DNA of 59,692 nt. It comes from an uncultured Bacteroides sp. GTDB lineage: Bacteria; Bacteroidota; Bacteroidia; Bacteroidales; SM23-62. Numbering within the stretch: position 1 is the first letter of the stretch; every line of letters starts with the position of its first letter. A program made the translations under genes and the position numbers. Positions 50,098-58,052 of this stretch are shown one piece after another. The stretch is from contig CAZNQG010000003.1 in the NCBI GenBank assembly GCA_964575235.1, positions 1-59,692 on the forward strand. Direction: 5' to 3'. The notes beneath the pieces are model-generated. The model saw nothing but the letters and a program-made list of their open reading frames with translations. It made no database searches and had not been told where the DNA came from.

Positions 50098-51297
50098 ATG
50101 GCTTCAATGGGTAAATCAGGAAGTGCCGGGAACCACGGCGACAGAATACGATCGGATTGCCGGGTGGAGGTCGAGATCACCGGATCCGGCGGGATTACGG
50201 TCGAGGTCCACAGCAAGGTGGATGCGCTTTACGGCAAATCCATACGGCACCTTGTTAAAAGGATGATGGGCCATTTTGGGATCAAGGATGCCAGGATCCG
50301 CATCCTGGACAGCGGCGCCCTGGAATTCGTCCTGTCGGCCAGGATCGAAGCCGCCCTCAAAAAGGCAGTCCCTTCCCTAAAGGCTCGGTTTCTTCCGGAG
50401 GGACTGACGGAAGATCCTCCCTGGGCGGAACGTGACCGGTTTCGCATTACCCGGTTGTATCTTCCCGGGAACATACCCAGCATGATGATCAATGCAGGCA
50501 TCCACAGACCGGATGGGATCATTCTTGACCTGGAGGATTCTGTGGCACCCGCTGCCAAGGATGAGGCCAGGATCCTGGTTCGAAATGCCCTTGGGGCGGT
50601 CGATTTTTACGGCGCGGAACGGATGGTGCGGATAAACCAGCTTCCCGGGGGACTCCAGGACCTGGAGGCCGTCGTTCCACTGCATCCCGACCTGGTCCTG
50701 ATCCCGAAGGCCGAGGCCCCGGCGGACATAACCGCCGTTGCGGAAAAGATCCGTGAATGTTCACACGACGCCGGGATTTGCCTGATGCCCATCCTTGAAT
50801 CCGCTCTTGGAATTGAGCGGGCGTACGAAATTGCCACGGCAGATGAGAACGTCGTTGCCATGGCCATCGGCCTGGAGGATTATACCGCCGACATAGGGGT
50901 GCAGCGTACCGAAGAGGGTTCTGAATCCCTTTTTGCACGCTCCCGCATGGTTAACGCCTGCAAGGCGGCAGGCATACAGGCGATCGATTCGGTGTATTCC
51001 GATGTCGATAACGAGGCGGGGCTCCGCGAAACCTCCATCCGGTCAAGGAATATGGGGTTCGAGGGAATGGGCTGCATACATCCCCGGCAAATCCCGGTTA
51101 TACGCGAAGCGTTTCAGCCTTCAAAAGAGGAAATAGAGAAAGCCCTGTCGATCGTGGAGGCATTCGAGGAGGCCGAACGAAAAGGCCTCGGGGTGGTAAG
51201 CCTTGGCTCCAAGATGATCGATCCGCCCGTGGTTAAAAGAGCTCAGAGGGTGCTTGCACTAGCCCGCCGGGCCCGTCTTATAACAGATAAACCGTAA
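50098..51297 (+). CDS. Fusion of citrate lyase ACP-like (CitD) and citryl-CoA lyase beta (CitE) domains
   Basis: First ~90 aa CitD-like (SKV..LYG..I, DSGAL...ARI); then RLYLPG, LDLEDSV, VRIN, PKAE, ESALG, GLEDY, CIHPRQI, MIDPP. Confidence 0.85.
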   Translation: MASMGKSGSAGNHGDRIRSDCRVEVEITGSGGITVEVHSKVDALYGKSIRHLVKRMMGHFGIKDARIRILDSGALEFVLSARIEAALKKAVPSLKARFLPEGLTEDPPWAERDRFRITRLYLPGNIPSMMINAGIHRPDGIILDLEDSVAPAAKDEARILVRNALGAVDFYGAERMVRINQLPGGLQDLEAVVPLHPDLVLIPKAEAPADITAVAEKIRECSHDAGICLMPILESALGIERAYEIATADENVVAMAIGLEDYTADIGVQRTEEGSESLFARSRMVNACKAAGIQAIDSVYSDVDNEAGLRETSIRSRNMGFEGMGCIHPRQIPVIREAFQPSKEEIEKALSIVEAFEEAERKGLGVVSLGSKMIDPPVVKRAQRVLALARRARLITDKP

Positions 51298-51298
51298 A

Positions 51299-52864
51299 AT
51301 GACCACAAAGCACAGTTCCATGATCACGAACGCAGCCGGAAGGCAAGTGCCCGAAACGGTCAACGGAAAGCCGCAAGTGGCTTATATGGGACTAAACCGA
51401 TACCGGCCGCAAGGCCATCGGTACGGTCCCCCCATCGACACCTGCAACGATTTCCCTTCCGGCGGTGACAAGAGGGTTCCTTCCCTTGAGGAAGCCCTCG
51501 GGAAGTGCGGCCTGAAGAACGGGATGTACATATCTACCCATCACCATTTCCGGAACGGTGACCTGCTTGCCAACCAGGTATTCGATGCAGCACACGATAT
51601 GGGTATGAAAAACCTGGTCTGGTTTCCTTCGGCATCATTCCCTTGCCATGAATACCTGATCAAATACCTGGAAGACGGTACGATACACCATATCGAGGGA
51701 AGCATGAACGGTCCCCTGGGAAGATTTACCTCCGAGGGCAGAATGAAAGGAACGGGCGTGCTCCGGTCGCACGGGGGCAGGTACCAGGCCGTCCAGGACG
51801 GGGAGGTACACATCGACATTGCCGTTATAGGGGCAGGCTGTGCGGATCCCTTCGGCAACGCAAACGGGCTTTCAGGTCCTTCTGCCAGCGGGCTCCTGGG
51901 ATTTGCACTGGCCGATTCCCAGTACGCCGACCGGGTCATCCTGGCCACGGACAACATGGTTCCGTTTCCCTGCATTCCATGGCAGATCCAGGGGAATTAC
52001 GTCGATTACACAGTGGAAATGGACAGGATCGGGGACCCCGAAAAGATCGTATCCGGTACAACCCGGATCACCCGGAGTCCGGACAGGTTGTGCCTGGCGG
52101 AACTGACGGCCCGGTTCTGCGATGCGGCAGGAATCATCCGCGACGGTTTTTCCTTCCAAAGCGGGGCGGGGGGGACCTCCCTCGCGGTGGGGGAGTATTT
52201 CCGTAAGATTATGAGAGAGAAGAACATCCGGGCACGTTTTGCCCGGGGAGGCAGCAATGCCTACCTGGTATCCATGCTCGAGGAAGGCCTTGTGGAATAC
52301 ATACTGGACGGCCAGACGTTCGACCTGGAAGGGATTCGCAGCATGCGGGATAATCCGGCCCATGTATGGACCAGTCCCTTTACCTCATACAACCACCACG
52401 GCAAGGGCAATTTTGCAGGCATGGTGGATGTGGTCATACTGGGGGCCACCGAGATCGACCTTGAATTCAATGCAAATGTGGTCACTCATTCCGACGGTTA
52501 CCTGCTGCACGGGCTGGGCGGGTGGCAGAACTGCCTGTTCTCGAAAACGGTAATCCTGCCGGTGCCCTTGTTCAGGGACAGGATCCCGGTCATCCGGGAC
52601 CGAGTAACAACCCTTTGCGGACCGGGGGAACTGGTTGATGTTATCGTCACCGAACGAGGCATCGCCATCAATCCCATTCGTCGCGACCTTATCGAAAAAG
52701 TGGAGGGAGCGGGACTTCCGATCAGGGACATACGGGACTTAAAGCAGGAGGCCGAAAGAATATGCGGGAGGCCGGAGAAGCCCCGCTTCACGAAAAAACC
52801 GGTCGCTATAGTGAAATGGGTTGACGGAACCGTCCTGGACACCGTCTGGCAGGTAAAGTCATGA
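51299..52864 (+). CDS. citF: Citrate lyase alpha subunit (CoA-transferase)
   Basis: STHHHFRNGD, LRSHGGR, GDPEKI, QSGAGG, LGATEID, TLCGPG..VD.IVTERGIAINP. Confidence 0.88.
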   Translation: MTTKHSSMITNAAGRQVPETVNGKPQVAYMGLNRYRPQGHRYGPPIDTCNDFPSGGDKRVPSLEEALGKCGLKNGMYISTHHHFRNGDLLANQVFDAAHDMGMKNLVWFPSASFPCHEYLIKYLEDGTIHHIEGSMNGPLGRFTSEGRMKGTGVLRSHGGRYQAVQDGEVHIDIAVIGAGCADPFGNANGLSGPSASGLLGFALADSQYADRVILATDNMVPFPCIPWQIQGNYVDYTVEMDRIGDPEKIVSGTTRITRSPDRLCLAELTARFCDAAGIIRDGFSFQSGAGGTSLAVGEYFRKIMREKNIRARFARGGSNAYLVSMLEEGLVEYILDGQTFDLEGIRSMRDNPAHVWTSPFTSYNHHGKGNFAGMVDVVILGATEIDLEFNANVVTHSDGYLLHGLGGWQNCLFSKTVILPVPLFRDRIPVIRDRVTTLCGPGELVDVIVTERGIAINPIRRDLIEKVEGAGLPIRDIRDLKQEAERICGRPEKPRFTKKPVAIVKWVDGTVLDTVWQVKS

Positions 52865-52907
52865 TGTACGTGATCTGAGCCGGTGGAACGGTTCGAGCAG
52901 AACCGTC

Positions 52908-53600
52908 CTAATCCGTTCCGTCGTCGTCGTAACTGAGCATTTCCACCCCATCCTCTTCCGAGTTGTCGTCCCGGTAATGAATTCTGAGCCGCACCGAATC
53001 CCTGAGGTAGTTTATTCTTCCGATCTCCACCTTGGTAATGTCCAGTTTGGTTTTTTCCCGCAGATCCTTCAGCAACTCGGCCCTACGTTCGGGCTGGACA
53101 AGTTCTATGTTTTCATAATCGATCACCTTCTTGGATTCGTTCTTCATCAGCCAGACCCTCTCCAGGAAATATACCACCACGATGGTAATGACATTGGTGA
53201 ACACCAGCTCAAGGTAGCTGATGTTCATGTTGGAGAGTCCGTTGATCACCGAGATCCCGATTACGATGAACAGGTAGGTCATTTCCTTGATGGGAATGGG
53301 ATTGGTCCGGTACCGGATGATCCCGAATATGGCGAAGAGTCCCAGAGCGAATCCGATGCCCAGTGAAATGCTGTCCAGCAGGAAGCAGATCAGGAACACG
53401 ATGGTGCTGATGAGTATGAAAGCGAACAGGTAATTTTTTCTCCTGGATACGGAATAGTAGAGGCCGCGTACGATGATCCCGATGACCAGAAAATTGAAGC
53501 TGAATCGGATGACCAGGGCCAGGAGTGCATCCGGGTTAAAGAAATTCGTTCCGAGAAGCTGGCCTTGGTCAGCCTGCAGCAGGGTAAGATCTGTAAGCAT
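52908..53600 (-). CDS. DUF4956 membrane protein
   Basis: GFALGLFAIFGIIRYRT..I.IKEMTYLF motif, several TM helices and a soluble C-terminal domain. Confidence 0.85.
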   Translation of the reverse strand: MLTDLTLLQADQGQLLGTNFFNPDALLALVIRFSFNFLVIGIIVRGLYYSVSRRKNYLFAFILISTIVFLICFLLDSISLGIGFALGLFAIFGIIRYRTNPIPIKEMTYLFIVIGISVINGLSNMNISYLELVFTNVITIVVVYFLERVWLMKNESKKVIDYENIELVQPERRAELLKDLREKTKLDITKVEIGRINYLRDSVRLRIHYRDDNSEEDGVEMLSYDDDGTD

Positions 53601-54357
53601 TTTCCAATTTGTTGATTTTACGAATTTTGCTCTTGAAACGATTGTACTTGACCGGGCTTTTAAGAAGAACGGTGCCCAGGCAATACTTGCTGGTTGATCC
53701 GGGGTAAATGCGTTCCTCTTTCAGGATTTTCATGAAATCGGTAGAACCGCCTGATTGTCCCCTCTTCACTTCACATACACACAGAAAGGGAAGGGATGTA
53801 TTTTTATTACCGCAGCGAAAGGAAAGATCCAGGTCAATGGTGATGCGCTCCGCGATCCCGTTTCCGGCCAGGGTAATCCTGCGGAACAGGGTCCACAGTG
53901 CGGGACTCAGTTCGGCCGCATCCAGGGGGGAACGCTCTTCAATATACGCCCGGGATTTTTCCGAGAGTTCCTGCTCGATGCTTTCGCACCGGATCCTGGA
54001 CTTCCGGGTCCGTTCGTTTGAAATTTTTCGCTTTACCTCGAGGAAAATCCCGCAGGTATCCTCGTATTCCCGGAACCTTACCTTGTAGCGGGGCCTGATC
54101 CCATTGTGATGGTCGAAATAGCACCGAAGGTCCGGAGTATCCAGGTAAAGGGAGTTGTACCGGAACATCCGGTTCCCGTTAATTTCAAGAGCCCGGTACA
54201 ACCCGGTGGCTTTTTCAAGGATCCCCGGCAGCATTTGAGTGTGAACAAGATATTTCGTATCCACCCGGCTCATCAGCCGGACTGCATCCATTTCCTCAAG
54301 GCTGATGCTTTCGAACTTACGGGTAGCTTCAACGATCCGATTATATTCATTTTCCAT
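53569..54357 (-). CDS. VTC-domain (polyphosphate polymerase-like, CYTH fold) protein
   Basis: RVDTKY, SLYLDT, RYKVRFREY, FLEVK, ERITID, EVK, SKYC. Confidence 0.85.
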   Translation of the reverse strand: MENEYNRIVEATRKFESISLEEMDAVRLMSRVDTKYLVHTQMLPGILEKATGLYRALEINGNRMFRYNSLYLDTPDLRCYFDHHNGIRPRYKVRFREYEDTCGIFLEVKRKISNERTRKSRIRCESIEQELSEKSRAYIEERSPLDAAELSPALWTLFRRITLAGNGIAERITIDLDLSFRCGNKNTSLPFLCVCEVKRGQSGGSTDFMKILKEERIYPGSTSKYCLGTVLLKSPVKYNRFKSKIRKINKLENAYRSYPAAG

Positions 54358-54362
54358 GGGTG

Positions 54363-54370
54363 CAAAGATA
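54363..54370 (-). promoter_or_regulatory. Bacteroidota -7 element for the VTC-DUF4956 operon
   Basis: TATCTTTG on minus strand ending 5 nt before the ATG at 54357, implying a near-leaderless transcript. Confidence 0.5.
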
Positions 54371-54478
54371 AAAGAAATACAGTAAATATGTTGAACGGGC
54401 ATTTTTGGAATATGGGGTGAAAAGCGATAAATTGCGACGGGTTCAATCCTTGAACAGCCTAATTCTGTATCTCATTGC

Positions 54479-54643
54479 ATGAAAAAATACCGCTGCACCG
54501 TTTGCGGATACGTGTACGATCCGGTTGAGGGCGATCCGGACGGGGGAATTCCTCCCGGAACGGCCTTTGAAGACATCCCGGATGACTGGGAATGCCCGGT
54601 CTGCGGCGTAAGTAAATCGGAATTCGTCGAGGATGACTGGTGA
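54479..54643 (+). CDS. Rubredoxin (54 aa)
   Basis: [54 protein letters not shown]; two CxxCG motifs; below ORF-track cutoff. Confidence 0.95.
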   Translation: MKKYRCTVCGYVYDPVEGDPDGGIPPGTAFEDIPDDWECPVCGVSKSEFVEDDW

Positions 54644-54652
54644 TCTTGCGGG

Positions 54653-56113
54653 CTATGCGGCCGGTATCCGCCTGAGCAGCTCCAGCAGAAGCTTCCAGAA
54701 CCGTTCCGTGCTTTCCAGGTGTATCCTTTCCGTAGGTGTGTGCGCCCCCCGGATGGTCGGTCCGAAGGAAAGCATATCCAGTCCCGGGTACTTTTCAAGG
54801 ATCAGCCCGCATTCAAGTCCAGCGTGAATGGCCCTGACAACCGGCTGGCTCCCGAAAAGACTGAGGTAGGCCTGCTTCGTAATACGCAGGATTTCGGAAT
54901 CCGGGTTCGGGTCCCAGCCCGGGTAACCGTCCGAATGTTCGACTTGTGCACCGCCGTTCTCAAAGCAGGCCCGGATTCTCGCCGCGATTTCCTTCTTGGC
55001 TCTGTCCACCGAACTCCTCTGGCTGGTCGTAACAACGAACGTATCCCTGCCTTCATGCTTCACGGAGGCCAGGTTGGTCGAGGTTTCCACCAGACCCTCG
55101 AGCGACCGGCTCCACCCGATCACACCGTGGGGGCAGCAATCGATGGCTTCCAGTATTTTCATATGTGCATCTTCAGGCAATACGTATTCGGGTATTCCGG
55201 CAGGATCCAGGCTTAGTTTCATGTCGGGCTCAAAATCAGCCAGCTCCGCTGAAACTACATTTGCATAAGCATTGAATTGTTTTTCGAGGTCTGGCATCAG
55301 GCGGGCCGGCAGTGTGAGCAGGGCATAGGCATCCCTGGGTATGGCGTTCCGCATGTTGCCTCCGTCAAAGCTGGACAAACGCACCCCGGAATCATTGCTT
55401 TCCAGCAGGAGAAATCGGTTCAGCACCTTTATGGCATTTCCGGGACTGATGTGGATCTCGTCACCGGAATGCCCCCCCTTGAAGCCTTCAACCGATACCC
55501 GGCAACCGATACAGTCTTTACAGGGTTTCTGTGGCTGGAAGCGAAAGGTGCCGATGGTATCGATCCCGCCGGCACATCCGATGAACAACTCGCCTTCGTC
55601 CTCCGAGTCCAGGTTAATCAGGATCTCTCCGTTCAGAAAATCAGGATGCAGGTTCTTGGCCCCCGTCATCCCGGATTCTTCATCCACCGTGAAGAGGCAT
55701 TCCAGGGGAGGATGGATCAATTCTTTGCTCTCAAGGATGGCCATCTGGGAGGCAATCCCTATCCCGTCATCCGCTCCCAGGGTGGTATCCGTGGCACGGA
55801 TCCATTCCCCGTCGCGCACAGGCACGATGGGATCGCTTGTGAAATCATGGCTGGAGGAGGGGTCTTTTTCGCCTACCATGTCCAGGTGGCTCTGTAGGAT
55901 GACCTTTTTGCTATTTTCCATGCCTGGAGACGCCGGTTTGCATATCAGCACGTTCCCGATGTCATCCTTCCTGGCTTCCAGTTTTTGTTTGTCTGCAAAC
56001 GAAAGCAGGTATTCGATCATCCGCTCCTCGGATTTGGAGGGTCTGGGTATCCTGCAAATCTCCTCAAAAAGCTCCCACACTCTTGCAATGCCTGTATTTA
56101 CCGCTGATTTCAT
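54653..56113 (-). CDS. pepD: Aminoacyl-histidine dipeptidase (M20C)
   Basis: QSHLDMV, TTLGADDGIG, DEESGM, NLDSE, GGHSG, HAGLECG, AHTPTE; start MKSAVN at 56113. Confidence 0.92.
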   Translation of the reverse strand: MKSAVNTGIARVWELFEEICRIPRPSKSEERMIEYLLSFADKQKLEARKDDIGNVLICKPASPGMENSKKVILQSHLDMVGEKDPSSSHDFTSDPIVPVRDGEWIRATDTTLGADDGIGIASQMAILESKELIHPPLECLFTVDEESGMTGAKNLHPDFLNGEILINLDSEDEGELFIGCAGGIDTIGTFRFQPQKPCKDCIGCRVSVEGFKGGHSGDEIHISPGNAIKVLNRFLLLESNDSGVRLSSFDGGNMRNAIPRDAYALLTLPARLMPDLEKQFNAYANVVSAELADFEPDMKLSLDPAGIPEYVLPEDAHMKILEAIDCCPHGVIGWSRSLEGLVETSTNLASVKHEGRDTFVVTTSQRSSVDRAKKEIAARIRACFENGGAQVEHSDGYPGWDPNPDSEILRITKQAYLSLFGSQPVVRAIHAGLECGLILEKYPGLDMLSFGPTIRGAHTPTERIHLESTERFWKLLLELLRRIPAA

Positions 56114-56232
56114 CAAATGGGACCTGACCTTGAAATGTTTTACAAAATAAATGATTAATAACACATGGATGAAAAAAGGGGAAAGTTTTTTTTCATCTAT
56201 TTTTAGGACTTCAGCATCAGCGATTCATTCTC

Positions 56233-57447
56233 ATGAGGGACAAAAGGAAAATTGTTACCATGCCCGGAGACGGCATCGGCAGGGCGGTATTGAAGGAGGC
56301 CATACGCATACTGGAGGCAGCGGGCTTCAGCGCGGAATACATCGAGGCGGATATCGGCTGGGAATTCTGGCGGAAGGAAGGGAATCCGCTCCCGGAGCGT
56401 ACCGTGAAACTCCTGGAGGAACACAGGATCGGCCTGTTCGGGGCCATAACCTCAAAGCCCAAGGAGGAAGCCGCTGCCGAACTGGACCCGTCGCTGCGGG
56501 ACAGGGGACCGGTATACTCAAGCCCCATTGTGGGTTTACGGCAGCATTTCAATCTGGATGTGTGCATACGCCCCTGTCACACATACCCGGGCAATCCGCT
56601 GAATTTTATTCGCAGGGGACCGGGAGATACCGTCGAGGAACCCGTTGTGGATGTGGTGATTTTCAGGCAGAACACGGAAGGGCTTTACGGGGGTGTGGAA
56701 TGGACCGATCCGCCCGAGCAGGTTTACCAGGCCCTGCTGAGCCATCCGAAATTCAGGCAGAATTTTTCACATGTCCCCAAATCGGAACTTTCCGTTTCCA
56801 CGCGGATCTTCAGCAAAGCGGCCACCGGCCGGATCCTCCGTGCTGCATTTGAATATGCAAAGAAATTCAACTACCGGTCGGTTACGGTATGCGAGAAACC
56901 GAATGTAATCCGCGAGACTTCGGGATTAATGTTCAGGCTTGCAAAGGAAATTCAGAAAAACGAATACCCGCACATCGAGCTATGGAACACAAACATCGAC
57001 GCCCAGATGATGTGGCTGACTAAAAACCCGGAGGATTACGGGGTGATCGTAGCCGGGAACATGTTCGGCGATATCGTTTCGGATGGATTTGCGGGTTTGA
57101 TCGGGGGACTCGGATTTGCCTGCAGTGCCAACATCGGGGAAGAAGTTGCCGTTTTCGAACCTACTCACGGATCGGCGCCAAAATACGCATCATACGAGAT
57201 CTCTATCGTTAACCCTATTGCCATGGTCGAATCGGCCTGCATGATGCTGGACCACATCGGGGAAAGCGGAATAGCCACCCGGATCCGGAAAGCCATCGGA
57301 AAGGTGGTGCGGGAAGGAAAGGTCCGTACCTACGATATGCTTAAACTGCCCGGAAGGGAAGATGTCATCTCACAGGGTGCGGCCTCTACAACAGCAATGG
57401 CCGATGCGATCATCGTGAACCTGGATTCAAATCCCCGGAAATTATGA
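56233..57447 (+). CDS. Isocitrate/isopropylmalate-family beta-decarboxylating dehydrogenase (homoisocitrate dehydrogenase-like)
   Basis: PGDGIG, GAITS, YSSPIVGLR, RQNTEGLY, EKPN, NMFGDIVSD, FEPTHGSAP. Confidence 0.88.
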   Translation: MRDKRKIVTMPGDGIGRAVLKEAIRILEAAGFSAEYIEADIGWEFWRKEGNPLPERTVKLLEEHRIGLFGAITSKPKEEAAAELDPSLRDRGPVYSSPIVGLRQHFNLDVCIRPCHTYPGNPLNFIRRGPGDTVEEPVVDVVIFRQNTEGLYGGVEWTDPPEQVYQALLSHPKFRQNFSHVPKSELSVSTRIFSKAATGRILRAAFEYAKKFNYRSVTVCEKPNVIRETSGLMFRLAKEIQKNEYPHIELWNTNIDAQMMWLTKNPEDYGVIVAGNMFGDIVSDGFAGLIGGLGFACSANIGEEVAVFEPTHGSAPKYASYEISIVNPIAMVESACMMLDHIGESGIATRIRKAIGKVVREGKVRTYDMLKLPGREDVISQGAASTTAMADAIIVNLDSNPRKL

Positions 57448-57989
57448 AAGAAAAAGTCTATGAACTATGGCCCGAACTGAAATGGATCGAGGACCCTTTG
57501 CTCCGGGAGCAAACTGCCAGCACATGGGAACTGGCACTTTCGAAAAGCGATCTGAGCCCGGAGGACCTCGAGAGCATCCCTTTTACGCTCCTGGTTCCGG
57601 ATCTGAAGGTATCCTTCATGGAACACAAACGATGCGTGGTCCACATTGCCCGCGACAGCGGTGAACACATCCGGACTCACCTGGGTAAGGGCCTGACCGT
57701 GAATATGGACGTCCTGATTGCCGGTGCCATACTGGCCGATGTGGGAAAGCTCCTGGAATACGAAAAAAAGGATGGCAGGATCGTCCAGGGAACCTACGGG
57801 AAGTACCTGCGCCACCCTTTTTCGGGCGTCAGCCTCGCTGAAGCCTGCGGGGTACCCCCCGAGGTCTGTCATATCATCGCGGCACATGCCGGGGAGGGAG
57901 ACCTGGTCAAACGGTCCGTGGAAGCCTGTATCGTGCATCATTCAGACTTCATGACTTTTCTCCCGTTTAAAAGCAGGCTGGAGACATAA
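57444..57989 (+). CDS. HD/HDIG-domain protein (variant motif)
   Basis: EH...ILADVGK...RHPFSG...AAH...HHSD; ATGA overlap with the dehydrogenase. Confidence 0.75.
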   Translation: MKEKVYELWPELKWIEDPLLREQTASTWELALSKSDLSPEDLESIPFTLLVPDLKVSFMEHKRCVVHIARDSGEHIRTHLGKGLTVNMDVLIAGAILADVGKLLEYEKKDGRIVQGTYGKYLRHPFSGVSLAEACGVPPEVCHIIAAHAGEGDLVKRSVEACIVHHSDFMTFLPFKSRLET

Positions 57990-58052
57990 AATTTTTATCT
58001 GACCATTAATTTTCTTTACTTTATGCATGCCCTTCACAGGCAGGCTTAAACC

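Noticed and set aside
54438-54452. GGGTTCAATCC resembling a tRNA T-loop
   Set aside because: One base short of the consensus and no acceptor, D or anticodon arms around it
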